A stretch of 64,000 nucleotides of DNA from an uncultured Methanomicrobiaceae archaeon. Its GTDB lineage: Archaea; Halobacteriota; Methanomicrobia; Methanomicrobiales; Methanoculleaceae. Where the stretch lies: the NCBI GenBank assembly GCA_963826525.1, contig CAWGXH010000004.1, forward strand, positions 672,001 through 736,000, written 5' to 3'. Shown one piece after another: positions 29,716 to 40,329 of the stretch. The notes beneath the pieces are model-generated. The model searched no databases. It saw only the letters and a program-made list of their open reading frames with translations, and was not told where the DNA came from. How positions within the stretch are numbered: the stretch's first letter is position 1; each line of letters begins with the position of its first letter. Both the position numbers and the translations under genes were made by a program.

Positions 29716-30213
29716 ATGATACCGCTCTACGCCTACCGCGACAACACGTGCGACCCCCGGAAATGCACTATGAAGAAACTCGCACAGCGCGGCCTTGTCA
29801 AGATCGTCACCCGCCTGCCGGAGATTCCCCGGTCGACGCTGCTCCTCGACCCGACGGCGGAGCAGGCGGTCTCGCCGGCGGACCGCTCGCTTCCCTCCGT
29901 CACGGCGCTCGACTGCTCGTGGGAAGTCCTCGATACCGGAGCCGTGAGCACCTGGCGGAACCGGCGGGCTCTCCCGTTCCTCGTCGCCGCAAACCCCGTC
30001 AACTTCGGCAGGCCCTTCCGGCTCACCTCGGTGGAGGCGATGGCGGCAGCGCTCGTTATTCTCGGCGAGCAGGAGCAGGCAGTACGGATCCTCGAGCCGT
30101 TCCGGTGGGGTCTGCGCTTCCTCGAGGTGAACCACGACCCGCTCGAGGAGTACGCAGCAGCGCGCGACAGCAGCGAGGTCGTGGCAATCCAGGCACTCTA
30201 TATGGGCGAGTGA
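29716..30213 (+). CDS. tsr3: SSU rRNA aminocarboxypropyltransferase Tsr3 (DUF367)
   Basis: CDPRKCT, LDCSW, RALPFLVAANPVNFGRP, LTSVEA, FRWG-RFLEVN. Confidence 0.95.
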   Translation: MIPLYAYRDNTCDPRKCTMKKLAQRGLVKIVTRLPEIPRSTLLLDPTAEQAVSPADRSLPSVTALDCSWEVLDTGAVSTWRNRRALPFLVAANPVNFGRPFRLTSVEAMAAALVILGEQEQAVRILEPFRWGLRFLEVNHDPLEEYAAARDSSEVVAIQALYMGE

Positions 30214-30218
30214 ACACC

Positions 30219-31728
30219 TCAGTGCAGGGTCTCAAAGCCGGGGATGCCGAGGACATGTTTTGCGAGGTACATCGCATCCGCAAGCGACAGATCTCCGTCG
30301 CCGGTGACGTCGGCGGGGGGCGTGCCGGCGGCATACCCGGGCACCCCGAGCAGGGAGCGGCCGAGGCAGGCGGCATCGTAGAGCGTCACCCGGCCGTCGC
30401 CGGAGACGTCGCCATTTAGGACGACCGTCAGAGGGACAGCGACCGAAGTGTTCACAACCCCGCTCTCCTCCGTGACGGTCACGTCGAGATCGCCCGGGCA
30501 GTAGGTGCCGTTTTGGTGCGGCGACGCGGTCGTTGCGGTGACCTGCACCGTCCAGCGGCCGTCATCCGCCCGCAGCATCGGCACTGAGGCAGAGCCGCCG
30601 ATCGCAGAGAGATCGATCGTGACCGCCTCGCCGCCGCTCCCGCCGGTGACGGTCACCCCGAGCGTCGAAGACTCGCCCCAGCCCGGAGTCCCGTCGGTAT
30701 CGGTGGCGATGAGCGCCGGCGAGGCGGCGGGCGCAGAGACGGTGAGCGGGAGCGGAGCGGTCACGGTGACGAGATTGGGCCGGGTGACCGTATCGGTTCC
30801 GCCGGCGCCCTCCGCCGTCAGGGTTACTGAGTAGATGCCGGGCACGGTGTAAGTGTGCGCCGGGTACTGCTCCGCCGAGACCGCACCGTCCCCGAACTCC
30901 CACGTCCACGCTGTCGGGCTCCCGGTCGAGGTATCGGTGAAGGCGACGGCAAGCGGCGCCGTCCCGCTCACGGGAGATGCAGTGAACGCAGCCACCGGGA
31001 GCGGGGGCTCGGCGGAGGAGCCGGCGCCGATCGTGATCTCCTGCCGGGCAACCTTGGCCTCGTCGACAAAGACCTCGATAAGAACGCTTCCGTTCGTCAC
31101 TCCCTCAAGCCCGAAGGTGAGCGAGGCGTCGTCGACCCTGCCCGTGACCCCGCCAATCTCAAGGAGGAGGTCAGCGGCGGCGGTGCTCTCCTCTGCAGTC
31201 CCGAATACCTTCACCGAACTTATCGTGGTGCCGGAAGCGATGTCACCGACGCCCTGGGTCAGTTCGGCAACGCCACCGTCCGCAAGCACGGTCATGCTTA
31301 CCGGGAACCACCCGAAGGTAGCTTTCGATACCTGCCTGCGTGACCGGTTCTGCCCGGATAGAGATGCGGGAGGAGTCAAGCGAGAACGGGATACGGAGAT
31401 TGGTGGCTTTTAAGAAGAAGTCCTGCCGGCCTTCGAGATCTATCGCCGAGGCAATCCGGATAGCAAACCGGCTCCCATCCGCAAGGTTGCGGACAGAGAC
31501 CGTCACGCTGTCACCCTCCTCGATCTGGCCCGGGCCGATCGTGACGACCGGAGCGTCAGAAGCGGGTGTCATGGTGGTGGAGTCCACCGCCAGAACACCC
31601 TGCGTGATAAACCCCATGAGGAGCGTGAGAATGACAAGGCCCCTTGGGCGGATGAATCTCACACACGCGTTCTCATTCCCTCGTACACGGGGGGAGCGTT
31701 TCCCCCTATCAGATAAGTGGCTCATCAA
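30219..31728 (-). CDS. Secreted PKD-domain protein with C-terminal dockerin-like domain (frameshift near 31325; start uncertain)
   Basis: Signal peptide; PKD motifs AAFTASPVSGTAPLAVAFTDTS...WEFGDG...HTY; duplicated GDVSGDGRVTLYDA / ADVTGDGDLSLADA Ca-loop motifs. Confidence 0.82.
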
Positions 31729-32018
31729 GTATTTATGCCAATCCGTTTTTAATAACCGTTATTTGTGGCGATTTTTGCTCAACGGATAAATATTATGCAG
31801 TATTTTCAGACATGCCCTACCACGGCGGGAAACGATCGCACACTGCGGGAAACGAATGATCTGTCCGTCCGGGGAATTACATGCAGGACGTTTCCCGGGG
31901 CTGCTGCCGTAAAGAACCTCCGGAACCTTCCTATCTCCCTTCAGAAGTGCGCCGGAGTCGCATCTTTTTATACGAGGGGGACAAGGATGCAAATATCTAC
32001 ACAGAGGAGGTGCCCTGA

Positions 32019-33863
32019 ATGACCGAAGAGAGAGAGAAGATGCTGCTCGCTACGGTGAGCGCCACGACGTATAAGCCCGACTATATGACGAACGACAAAC
32101 TGGAGGCGGCGACACGGGGACACGGTGCGCTCGTGATACCCGCCTTCTGCGCGGCGAACTCTCTTGCCGAGGATATCTTCTGCAGTGTCGGTGTGCCGGA
32201 GATGCACCTCCTCAATCGGATGGCGGTGCTTGATGCGGCCGCACCGCACCTGCCCCTCGATACGATCATCGAAAAGGCAGTGCAGGAGGCGAAACGGGCA
32301 GGTGCTGCACCCGAGAACGCAGCCCTCATCGTCGCAGCGCTCGCTTACTTCAGCGGCAGTTGCGCCCGCGCCGGCGTGCCGCTCGGAAACCGCAAGCTCG
32401 GTGCCATCGCCCGGATGCACGCCGGAGCGGCGCGGACGAGCGCGATTGCCCTGACCACGAATAAGTTCACCCACCGGGTTCCTGCCTTCCCGGCGTACCT
32501 CGCCATCTACCAGCAGCTGATGGATAAGAAACTGACCCGCGTGGACGGTTCGGTGCTCCCGCCGTTTGTGGCCGGGGGCGGCGTCTACGGTCACGCCGCC
32601 CTCGGCGAGGACTACAACATCCCGGAGCTCGCCCGGAACGCGGCGAAAGTCGGCACCGAGGCGATGATGAAGAGTATGATCGGTGCCGGCATCACGCCCT
32701 ATCCCCTCTGGCCGGCCCTCATCGGCGCTACCGTGACGATGGAGCTCGTCCACCCCGATGCCATGCTCGGCGAAGAGTTCGGCGCCTTCGGGGAGGTCGA
32801 CTCCGCATACCTCGCCGGGAAGGGTGCCGTCGAGGCGGCAGGACTCCCTGAGAAACTCCACATGCGAGGGACAGGCGAGGAGTACGACACTGCCCGGATC
32901 GTCGGCGATTTCGGGTTGATCCTGAAGGATATCGGCGGGCCGTCGGTGATCGGATCGATGGTCACGAACGAGATCTTCGCCGGCTTTGCGGAGTCGGCAA
33001 TGATCGGGGCAGGATTCTCGGGCGGCCCGGTGAACGTGCCGCTCGGCCACCTCGCCGGCGACACCCTGCCGGCGCTGCGGCTCCTCCTCAAACACAACGG
33101 CGATGTCGTAGCCGTGGCCGATGCGATCCGGGACTACAAGATGCAGTCGTTCATCGATCCTGAGTTCGCCCTGACCTCCCTCAACACCATCGCGAGGAAG
33201 GCCGAACAGGTCACCCGGGGATCGATCACCGCCGCCTGCGTGATGGCAAGCGAAGACGTCCGCGACCGGGCGATCTACCGCCGGGCGGCGAAGACCTACG
33301 AGATGATGAAAGAAGGCAGATCAATCGAGGATGTCGCCCACGCCCTCGACGCCGAACGGCTCGCCTATGTCGAGAAACGGGGCTCTGCGGTCCTCTCCGG
33401 CTTCACCGGAAAGTCGATCGAGTTCAAATTTACCGAGATCGCCCCTCAGGCCAGAAGGACGGATCCTTTTACGGCGAAGTACTGGGGGTTCGATGCGAAG
33501 GCATCCTATGATGTCACCATCGACGGGAAGAAGTACCACATCGAGAACCTGACGGCAAAGGTCGTCCCCGAGTACGTCCTCGAAGGCAAGGGGCGCGACG
33601 ACCCGAACATGGGGACGGCGATCTTCGCCGGGGCGGTCCTCCTGCAGGAACTCCAGTATATCGGCCACACTATCATCAATCTCACCGTTCCGGCCGCCAT
33701 GGCAGCCCTGCTCGGCATGGATGCTGCAGAAGCTGGGAAGCGGGCTGCACGGGGAGCCTACCTGACGAATGCCATCCCCGGCGGAAGGGAGACGGCCACA
33801 CACGTCGCCGGTCTTGCACAAAGGATCTACATGCGCCTGAACGAACCGATGCCCGAGGCGTAA
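32019..33863 (+). CDS. Hypothetical 614-aa Ala/Gly-rich soluble protein of unknown function
   Basis: Intact long ORF with typical codon usage and a GAGGAGGTG RBS upstream; no domain recognised; ends 17 bp before larC. Confidence 0.85.
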   Translation: MTEEREKMLLATVSATTYKPDYMTNDKLEAATRGHGALVIPAFCAANSLAEDIFCSVGVPEMHLLNRMAVLDAAAPHLPLDTIIEKAVQEAKRAGAAPENAALIVAALAYFSGSCARAGVPLGNRKLGAIARMHAGAARTSAIALTTNKFTHRVPAFPAYLAIYQQLMDKKLTRVDGSVLPPFVAGGGVYGHAALGEDYNIPELARNAAKVGTEAMMKSMIGAGITPYPLWPALIGATVTMELVHPDAMLGEEFGAFGEVDSAYLAGKGAVEAAGLPEKLHMRGTGEEYDTARIVGDFGLILKDIGGPSVIGSMVTNEIFAGFAESAMIGAGFSGGPVNVPLGHLAGDTLPALRLLLKHNGDVVAVADAIRDYKMQSFIDPEFALTSLNTIARKAEQVTRGSITAACVMASEDVRDRAIYRRAAKTYEMMKEGRSIEDVAHALDAERLAYVEKRGSAVLSGFTGKSIEFKFTEIAPQARRTDPFTAKYWGFDAKASYDVTIDGKKYHIENLTAKVVPEYVLEGKGRDDPNMGTAIFAGAVLLQELQYIGHTIINLTVPAAMAALLGMDAAEAGKRAARGAYLTNAIPGGRETATHVAGLAQRIYMRLNEPMPEA

Positions 33864-33880
33864 ATCACGTCACCGATACC

Positions 33881-35086
33881 ATGAAGGCGCTCGTTATCGA
33901 CCCGAAGATAGCAGGGATAGCGGGAGATATGCTCCTCGCCTCCCTGATCGATCTTTCCGGCTCTTCCGATCTCCTCGACCCGCTGGTCGGGGCAATTGCC
34001 GGGCTCGACCACTGCCGGCACTTCTCGTTCAACCCGCGGGAGGTCGATGCCGGCGGGATTACGGCGGTGCGCCTCGATATCCGGATCGATGAGCACCGAT
34101 CGGGAGATGACGGCGATCTCCGGCAGTCACTCCTCGAAGTGGCCGACACGATCGGGCTTCCGGAGCGTGCACGGAAACGGGCGCTCTCGGTGCTCGACGA
34201 TCTCGTCGCCGCAGAGGCAAAACTCCACCGCACCGGGTTTCACCTTCACGAGATCGCCTCCGTCGACACAATCTTTGATATTCTCGGCTCGCTGCTCATC
34301 CTCGAAGACCTCGGGTTCCTCGACGGCGTCATCTACGCGACCCCGCCCGCTCTCGGCAGCGGATTTATCAGCATGGCTCACGGTGAGATCGCGTGCCCCG
34401 CTCCGGCGACGCTGGAGGTACTCTCCCGGCACCGTATCCGGTTCTCATCCCTCCCGGTGGAGATGGAACTGACGACGCCGACCGGGGCGGCGATCCTCGC
34501 GGCGGTCGCGGAGAAGATCGTCGATCCCTACCCTGCCATGACCCCGATAGGGGTCGGCTACGGCGCCGGTACCCGGCTGATCGACGGCAGGCCGAATATT
34601 CTGCGGGTCGTCGAGGGTGAGGTCGCATCGGCGGCACGGCGGCGGGTGGTGATGCTCGAGACGAACCTCGACGATATTTCCGGCGAGACGATCGGCTACG
34701 TCGTCGAGCGGCTGATGGATGAGGGGGCCATCGATGTCTTTGTCACGCAGGCTATCGGGAAGAAGAACCGACCGGTCTCCATTTTTTCGGTCATGGTGAA
34801 TGAGCGGGACACCGACCGGATGCTCACCCTGCTCATGGCCGAGACGGGCACGCTCGGCGTTCGTATCCAGGAGGTTCCGAAGGTTGTGGCGCACCGATCG
34901 AAGGAGTTGATCTCGGTCACCGTCGATGGCAGGGCGTTTCCGGTCAGGGTGAAGACATCGACGCTGGATGGTCAGGTGATTGCGAGGAAACCGGAGCACG
35001 ACGACCTCGCCGCCATCGCCCGGGACCTAAATGTTCCTCTCCGCTACGTTGCCGAGACGGTCAGGCGACAGACACCGGACGCGTGA
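33881..35086 (+). CDS. larC: Nickel-pincer cofactor biosynthesis protein LarC (Ni insertase)
   Basis: GIAGDM, HLHEIASVDTIFDI, HG...PAPATL, ELTTPTGAAI, GYGAG, ETNLDD, KKNRP, ETGTLGVR, KPEHDD. Confidence 0.93.
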   Translation: MKALVIDPKIAGIAGDMLLASLIDLSGSSDLLDPLVGAIAGLDHCRHFSFNPREVDAGGITAVRLDIRIDEHRSGDDGDLRQSLLEVADTIGLPERARKRALSVLDDLVAAEAKLHRTGFHLHEIASVDTIFDILGSLLILEDLGFLDGVIYATPPALGSGFISMAHGEIACPAPATLEVLSRHRIRFSSLPVEMELTTPTGAAILAAVAEKIVDPYPAMTPIGVGYGAGTRLIDGRPNILRVVEGEVASAARRRVVMLETNLDDISGETIGYVVERLMDEGAIDVFVTQAIGKKNRPVSIFSVMVNERDTDRMLTLLMAETGTLGVRIQEVPKVVAHRSKELISVTVDGRAFPVRVKTSTLDGQVIARKPEHDDLAAIARDLNVPLRYVAETVRRQTPDA

Positions 35087-35757
35087 ACAGTTCGCGCATC
35101 GACCGTGCGTTCCCGAGCATGGCGTGGTCGTTGTTGAAGAAGATATACGCGCGACCGGGGTCGACCCGGCAGATCGCATCCCGGATAGCACGGAGTTCCG
35201 CTGCGGAGTAGTCGTGCCGGTACCAGTCGGTTCTCCCGTGTACCCTGAGGTAGACACGCTCCGCCGGGAAGATCCTTTTCTGAAAGTCCGGAGAGTCGAC
35301 CGAAACGAGGGTGACCTCCTCCGAAAGCCGGCGGCAGGCATCGTCATCCCCGAGGAGAGCGGGGTTTCGGATCTCAAGAGCGCACCGTTCCCCAAGGTTG
35401 GTTCTTCGGGCAAACGCGAGCATCCTCTCGGTGTCACGCATCCGGGGCGGCGCCTGAAAGAGGTAGAAGTCCACGAGGTCGTCGATGGGCTCGCAACGGT
35501 CGCGGAACCGCTCCCAGACCTCGAAGGCTTTGTCATTGAAGAGATGCCGGTGTGTCACCGACCGGTTGACCTTCACGCTCCAGCGAAGGCGTGATCCGGT
35601 ATCTCGCCATGCTGCTACGGCAGATTCGGACGGGAATCGGTAGAAACTCATGTTCAATTCGACGGCGTTCAGCCCCGACACTTCGACGTACCACGCAAGG
35701 CTCCCGCCCTCGTTCCACGCATACGCCCACCCGCTTGTGCCGACGTACACGCTCCAT
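35061..35757 (-). CDS. DUF72 family protein
   Basis: YVGTSGW, VELNMSFYRFP, SVK, TH, LFQAPP, YLRVHG, FFNN; the ATG at 35757 is off-frame by one base. Confidence 0.9.
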
Positions 35758-35810
35758 GCCCGCCGGTGCGGAGGTGGGGGAGATAATGGTTGCGGATAGC
35801 AGTCTGGGAT

Positions 35811-36548
35811 CTACCAGATACCGGGCACGAAGACGTACATCGCCCAACCCATGTACTCACGCCCGTAGCCGAAGTATTCGTCCTGGAGGCGGCGGAAGTA
35901 GCCTGCAATCTCCTCACGCTCCGGGTGGTCGGGATGAGCGGAGAGCCAGCCGAGAAGGGACTGCCAGATCCCTGACTCGTAGCGGTCCCAGTCGTCCCCG
36001 CTCGCCCGCACGACGGCGGCGAGGTCGAGCCCGACATCCCTGGCCGTCCGGAGAATCTCGTACTCGGTCAGGACTTCGGTCCACTCCCGTGCAAAATCCG
36101 TCGGTACCCGGTCGCGCAGCCAGTAGCGGTCGCCCATGACGATCGCCCCGTCGTCGTGCACGAGGTCGAGCATCGCATGGAGCGCAGGTTCAAAACCGTT
36201 CCAGATGTGCGATGCCCCGATGCAGGCAGCCCCGTCAAAGGGCACTTCCGGAGTGTAGGCAGCGGCGTCGGTACAGAGGACCTCTATCCGACCGGATAGT
36301 CCACTCGCCGCAAGCAGGTCGCGTGCATGCTCGCAGGCGTTCTCCCGGAGTTCGAGCCCAACCCCGGAGATCCCGTACGCCTCGCTCCAGAGCGCGAGGG
36401 CAGTGCCGTTCCCACAGCCTACGTCGATGACCCGGCTCGCGTCATTCCACCCGGCGGCTTTACCTGCGGCAAGCACCTTCTCCGGAGTGGCGGGGTTCAT
36501 GATCGGCAGCGCTCCCTGTGATATAGTGACAATATCGTGCATATCCAT
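35811..36548 (-). CDS. Class I SAM-dependent methyltransferase
   Basis: IMNP, VIDVGCGNG, CIGAS, WDRYE, YGREYMGW. Confidence 0.92.
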   Translation of the reverse strand: MDMHDIVTISQGALPIMNPATPEKVLAAGKAAGWNDASRVIDVGCGNGTALALWSEAYGISGVGLELRENACEHARDLLAASGLSGRIEVLCTDAAAYTPEVPFDGAACIGASHIWNGFEPALHAMLDLVHDDGAIVMGDRYWLRDRVPTDFAREWTEVLTEYEILRTARDVGLDLAAVVRASGDDWDRYESGIWQSLLGWLSAHPDHPEREEIAGYFRRLQDEYFGYGREYMGWAMYVFVPGIW

Positions 36549-36676
36549 ACTGGTGATCTCCGGAGGATGAGGTGGAACCGAATCGGTGATGAAGAGTTCC
36601 CTTCATGACCGGGGGAGCGCCGCTCCCGACCCTTCCCAACCTATAAGTACCGTCACGGTTACCGGTGTCCATCGTT

Positions 36677-37811
36677 ATGCAGGAAGAGCACGATACCCAG
36701 ACCCGTATCCTTCGTGCTCTCCGGTTCCGGCCGAAGGGCATGACCATCACGGACGTGGCAAAACAGATCGGGGCGACCAGAAACTCGGTCTCGAAGCACC
36801 TCGAGATCCTGCAGATCGCCGGCAAGGTCGACGTCCGGAGCATCGGCAATGCGAAGCTCTACTCGCTTGCCCAGCGCGTCCCGATGTCAGCATTCCTCTG
36901 CTTCACGAGGAACCTGATCGTAGTCCTGGATAGCCGATACAACATCGTCCAGGTGAATGACCAGTATCTCAAAATCGCTCGGCGCGGGAAAGAGGAACTG
37001 CTTGGACAGTCTCTGCCGGACTCCGCGCTTCCCATCATCTCCACCCCCGAGGCACTCTTGATTATCAAAGGAGTGGAGCGGGAACAGGTTATCACAGACA
37101 TCCTGTACCAATCTGACGAGCAGGAATTCTTCTTCCAGATGCAGGTGATCCCGACGATTTTTGATGATGGAAAGCAGGGATCCACCGTTGTCCTCGAGGA
37201 TGTCACGGAGAAGAAGCAACATATCCGAAATCTCGAATTTCTCGCGAGAACTTCAGACTCATCTCGCGGATATCGGAGAGGAAGAGAACATTTACCAGTT
37301 CGTTGGGGAGAAGATCGCGGAGCTCGTGCCCGAGAGCATTGTGGCTGTCATGTCCATTCATCCTGATACCCGGATTACCACCATCGAAGCGATGGCAGGA
37401 GATAGGGAGATGATTGGAGGGGTTTATGAGAAACTTTTCGCTCCTTTCGGTATGAACCTGATAGGAGCCTCCTTCTCTATGAACAACGTCCCAGAATCGG
37501 TGCCGTTTCTCGCAAAAAGGGTCCTCGAGGAGGGTGCGGAAAGACTATACATCCAACTCTACCAGATGTTTCCAGAAGACGTGTGCGACGAGATCCAGGA
37601 GCGTCTTTCGTTTGGAAAGAACTATGGAATGGGATGCGTCTGCCGTGGCGGCCTCTTTGGGAATATTACTATCAGACTGAAACGGGGGGCTGAACTCCGA
37701 AATCGGGAGACGATCGAGGCGTTCGTCCGCCAGGCAGCCGTTGCTCTCCAGAGGAGGTATATCCAGGAGAAGTTAAAGGGGGCTGAGGAGCGACTGATGG
37801 AAGGGCGTTAA
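36677..37811 (+). CDS. wHTH-PAS-GAF-like regulator (frameshift near 37255)
   Basis: RFRPKGMTITDVA...RNSVSKHL...NAKLYSLAQRVP; PAS; GAF-like domain ending IEAFVRQAAVAL. Confidence 0.8.
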
Positions 37812-38346
37812 TTAATCGATTGAGATGTTCAAAGTTCCAAATCATACTGGCTTTGGCTGAAAAGGAATACTCATCGTCTGGCGATCTCGTACCGAGGCTT
37901 GAAGAAAGGTACAATTATATTTTCCATGTCGAAACGGGTATTATAGTTCTCTTCCTGACCTGAGGCCTCCGCTCCCGGGATCGCATCCGGCATGGATCCT
38001 GCTCTCAGGTGGTTCCAGAATTGCCGAATGCGGCGATCCCCTCACGGCTCTCCGACCGGAACCAACGTATAAATACCGTCGCTGCACTGGTGCTCGTGCT
38101 ATGCAGCAGGAAGAGCACGATACCCAGACCTGGATTCTTCGTGCTCTCCGGTTCCGGCCGAAGGGCATGACCATCACGGACGTGGCAAAGCAGATCGGGG
38201 CGACGAGAAACTCGGCCTCGAAGCACCTCGAGATCCTGCAGATCGCGGGAAAGGTCGAGGTGCGGAGCATCGGCAATGCGAAGCTTTACTCGCTCGCCCA
38301 GCGCGTCCCGATGTCCGCGTTCCTCTGCTTCACGAGGAACCTGATC
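36680..38346 (+). repeat. Near-identical ~240-bp direct repeat encoding the wHTH domain (36680-36919 and 38107-38346)
   Basis: By-eye alignment: caggaagagcacgatacccagacc...ttcctctgcttcacgaggaacctgatc, with mostly third-position differences. Confidence 0.9.
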
Positions 38347-39637
38347 CTCATCCTGGACAGTTCCCTTCGAATCGTCCAGGCCAACGATCAGTGCCTGAAG
38401 ACCCTCCAGCGCACGAAAGACGAACTCGTCGGCCTGACCCTCGAGGAAGCGGCCCTTCCGATCGTCTCCACACCGGAGGCGATAGCCGTCATCGAAGGAC
38501 TCGAGCGCGAGCAGGTCGTCACCGATCTCCGCTACCGGAGTGACGGGAAGGATCTCTTCTTCCAGATGCAGGCGATCCCGACCACCTTCGACGACGGAGA
38601 GAAGGGCGCGACGCTCGTGCTCGAGGATATCACCGAACAGAAGCGGTACGTCCGGGACATGGAGTTCCTTGCCCGGACCGCGATGGAACTTGTTGACCTG
38701 CCGGCGGAGGCGGATATCTACCAGTACATCGGCGAACAGATTATGGAACTCGTTCCTGGTGCCCAGGTCTTCGTGGACTCCTACGACGAAGTCAACCGGC
38801 AGTTCCTCATGCAGGCGATCCTGGATCAAACCTTCCGGGAGGGACTGAAACAGTTAGTAGGCCAGGATGTCGTCGGGATGACCTTCCGCATCGATGATAT
38901 AATCGGTGCCCCGCACTATGACACCGTCAGTTCAGTTTTTATGATGCACGAGCACGTTTTCGGCCCTCAAGCCAGAGCAGGGGACTGGTCGTTTCACGAT
39001 CTCTGCTTCAGGCAGATCCCTGAGAAGGTTTGCGATGAGATCCTCGCACAGTTCAATATCGGAAAAACGATAGGTATCGAGCTTGATCTGGCAGGGACGA
39101 GCTCTTCGGCGTCGTCGGCATCTTCCTCCCGCCCGACAGGGGCTCGAGGACCGGCAGGCGGTCGATTCGTTCGTCCGCCAGGCCTCCATCGCCCTCGCCC
39201 GGCGGCAGACCGAAGAGCGGCTCCGCCGCAGCGAACGCCGGTTCCGGGACGTCATCGACTCATCCCCCGTTGCTGCGACCATCATCGAGAGCAACGGCCG
39301 CTACTCCTTCCTCAACCGGGCGTTCACCGATCTCTTCGGGTATACGCTCACAGATATCCCCACCGGACGCGAGTGGTTCCAGAAGGCCTTCCCCGACGAT
39401 GCATCCCGCCGTGAGGCGATCGCCGCCTGGAAGTCGGACCAGGAACAGGCCGGCAGGGGCCAGCCCCGTCCCCGAACGTTCCGGGTCAGGTGCAAAGGCG
39501 GCGAAGAGAAGACGGTCCTCTTCCGGCCGGTGGAGCTCTGCGACGGGACAGAGCATGTCACCTACGAGGATATCACCGAAGAAAGGCAGGCATACCGGGT
39601 ACTGGTCGGGGAGATCGCCGGGCTGCGGCGGAGATAG
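38101..39637 (+). CDS. wHTH-PAS-GAF-PAS regulator (frameshifts near 39080-39140)
   Basis: Same wHTH as the upstream paralog; SFVRQASIAL; terminal PAS ending YEDITE. Confidence 0.82.
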
Positions 39638-39751
39638 CCTTCCGGATCGGCATAATAAAACTATGCAAGGCAATGCCGCTTCGCGGCTCTGTTTCGTAAA
39701 TATTGTTGGTTCTTCGGGATATCCCCCCTCCCGTCCAAGGAGGGAATAGAA

Positions 39752-40236
39752 ATGTCTGACGCAAAAGACCTTCGCGGGCAGCAGCAGGTAACCCACCTGC
39801 TGAATCTGCTCGTAAACGGTGATACCTACTCGAGCATCCAGGCTGCCGCGGCGCTCGCCACCGTCGGCAGCGGTGTTGAGGAATCGCTCCTGGCGCTCCT
39901 GACCGACGGCGAGACGACCGACCGCTGGAACGTTGCCATGGCGCTCGCCCGGATCGGGGCGCCTGCCGTCGACGGCCTTATCGCCGTCGCAAAGACCGGG
40001 GATAATGCCGTCCGGAACCCTGCCGTCTGGGCGCTCGCCGAGATCGGGGATACCCGGGCGGTGGAGCCGCTTGCGGCCATCCTCAGGAGAGTACTTCCGA
40101 GTGCTGCAGGGCGCTGACCGCCGCCGCCCTGCTGAAGATCGGTGACCCCGCCGGCGTCGCAGCCGTCGAAGAAGAACTGGCCGTGCATGGAGAAGCATTC
40201 GAGGGGCTCGTTATGGAGGCCTACGAGGGGACGTGA
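39752..40236 (+). CDS. HEAT/PBS-lyase repeat protein (frameshift near 40090)
   Basis: AAAALATVG, AMALARIGAPAV, AVWALAEIGD-RAVEPL, AAALLKIGD. Confidence 0.82.
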
Positions 40237-40329
40237 TCGTCTCCTCCATTCTTTTTCCCGGTATCCTCCTGCCGCACCGGCCTCCGGTGCAAACCTTTAT
40301 CGACTCTGGCGGAATGACACTGCGCAGGT

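Noticed and set aside
29680-30135. N-terminal extension of the 427-aa ORF 28852..30135
   Set aside because: It is antisense to tsr3; family similarity starts at ATG 29679.
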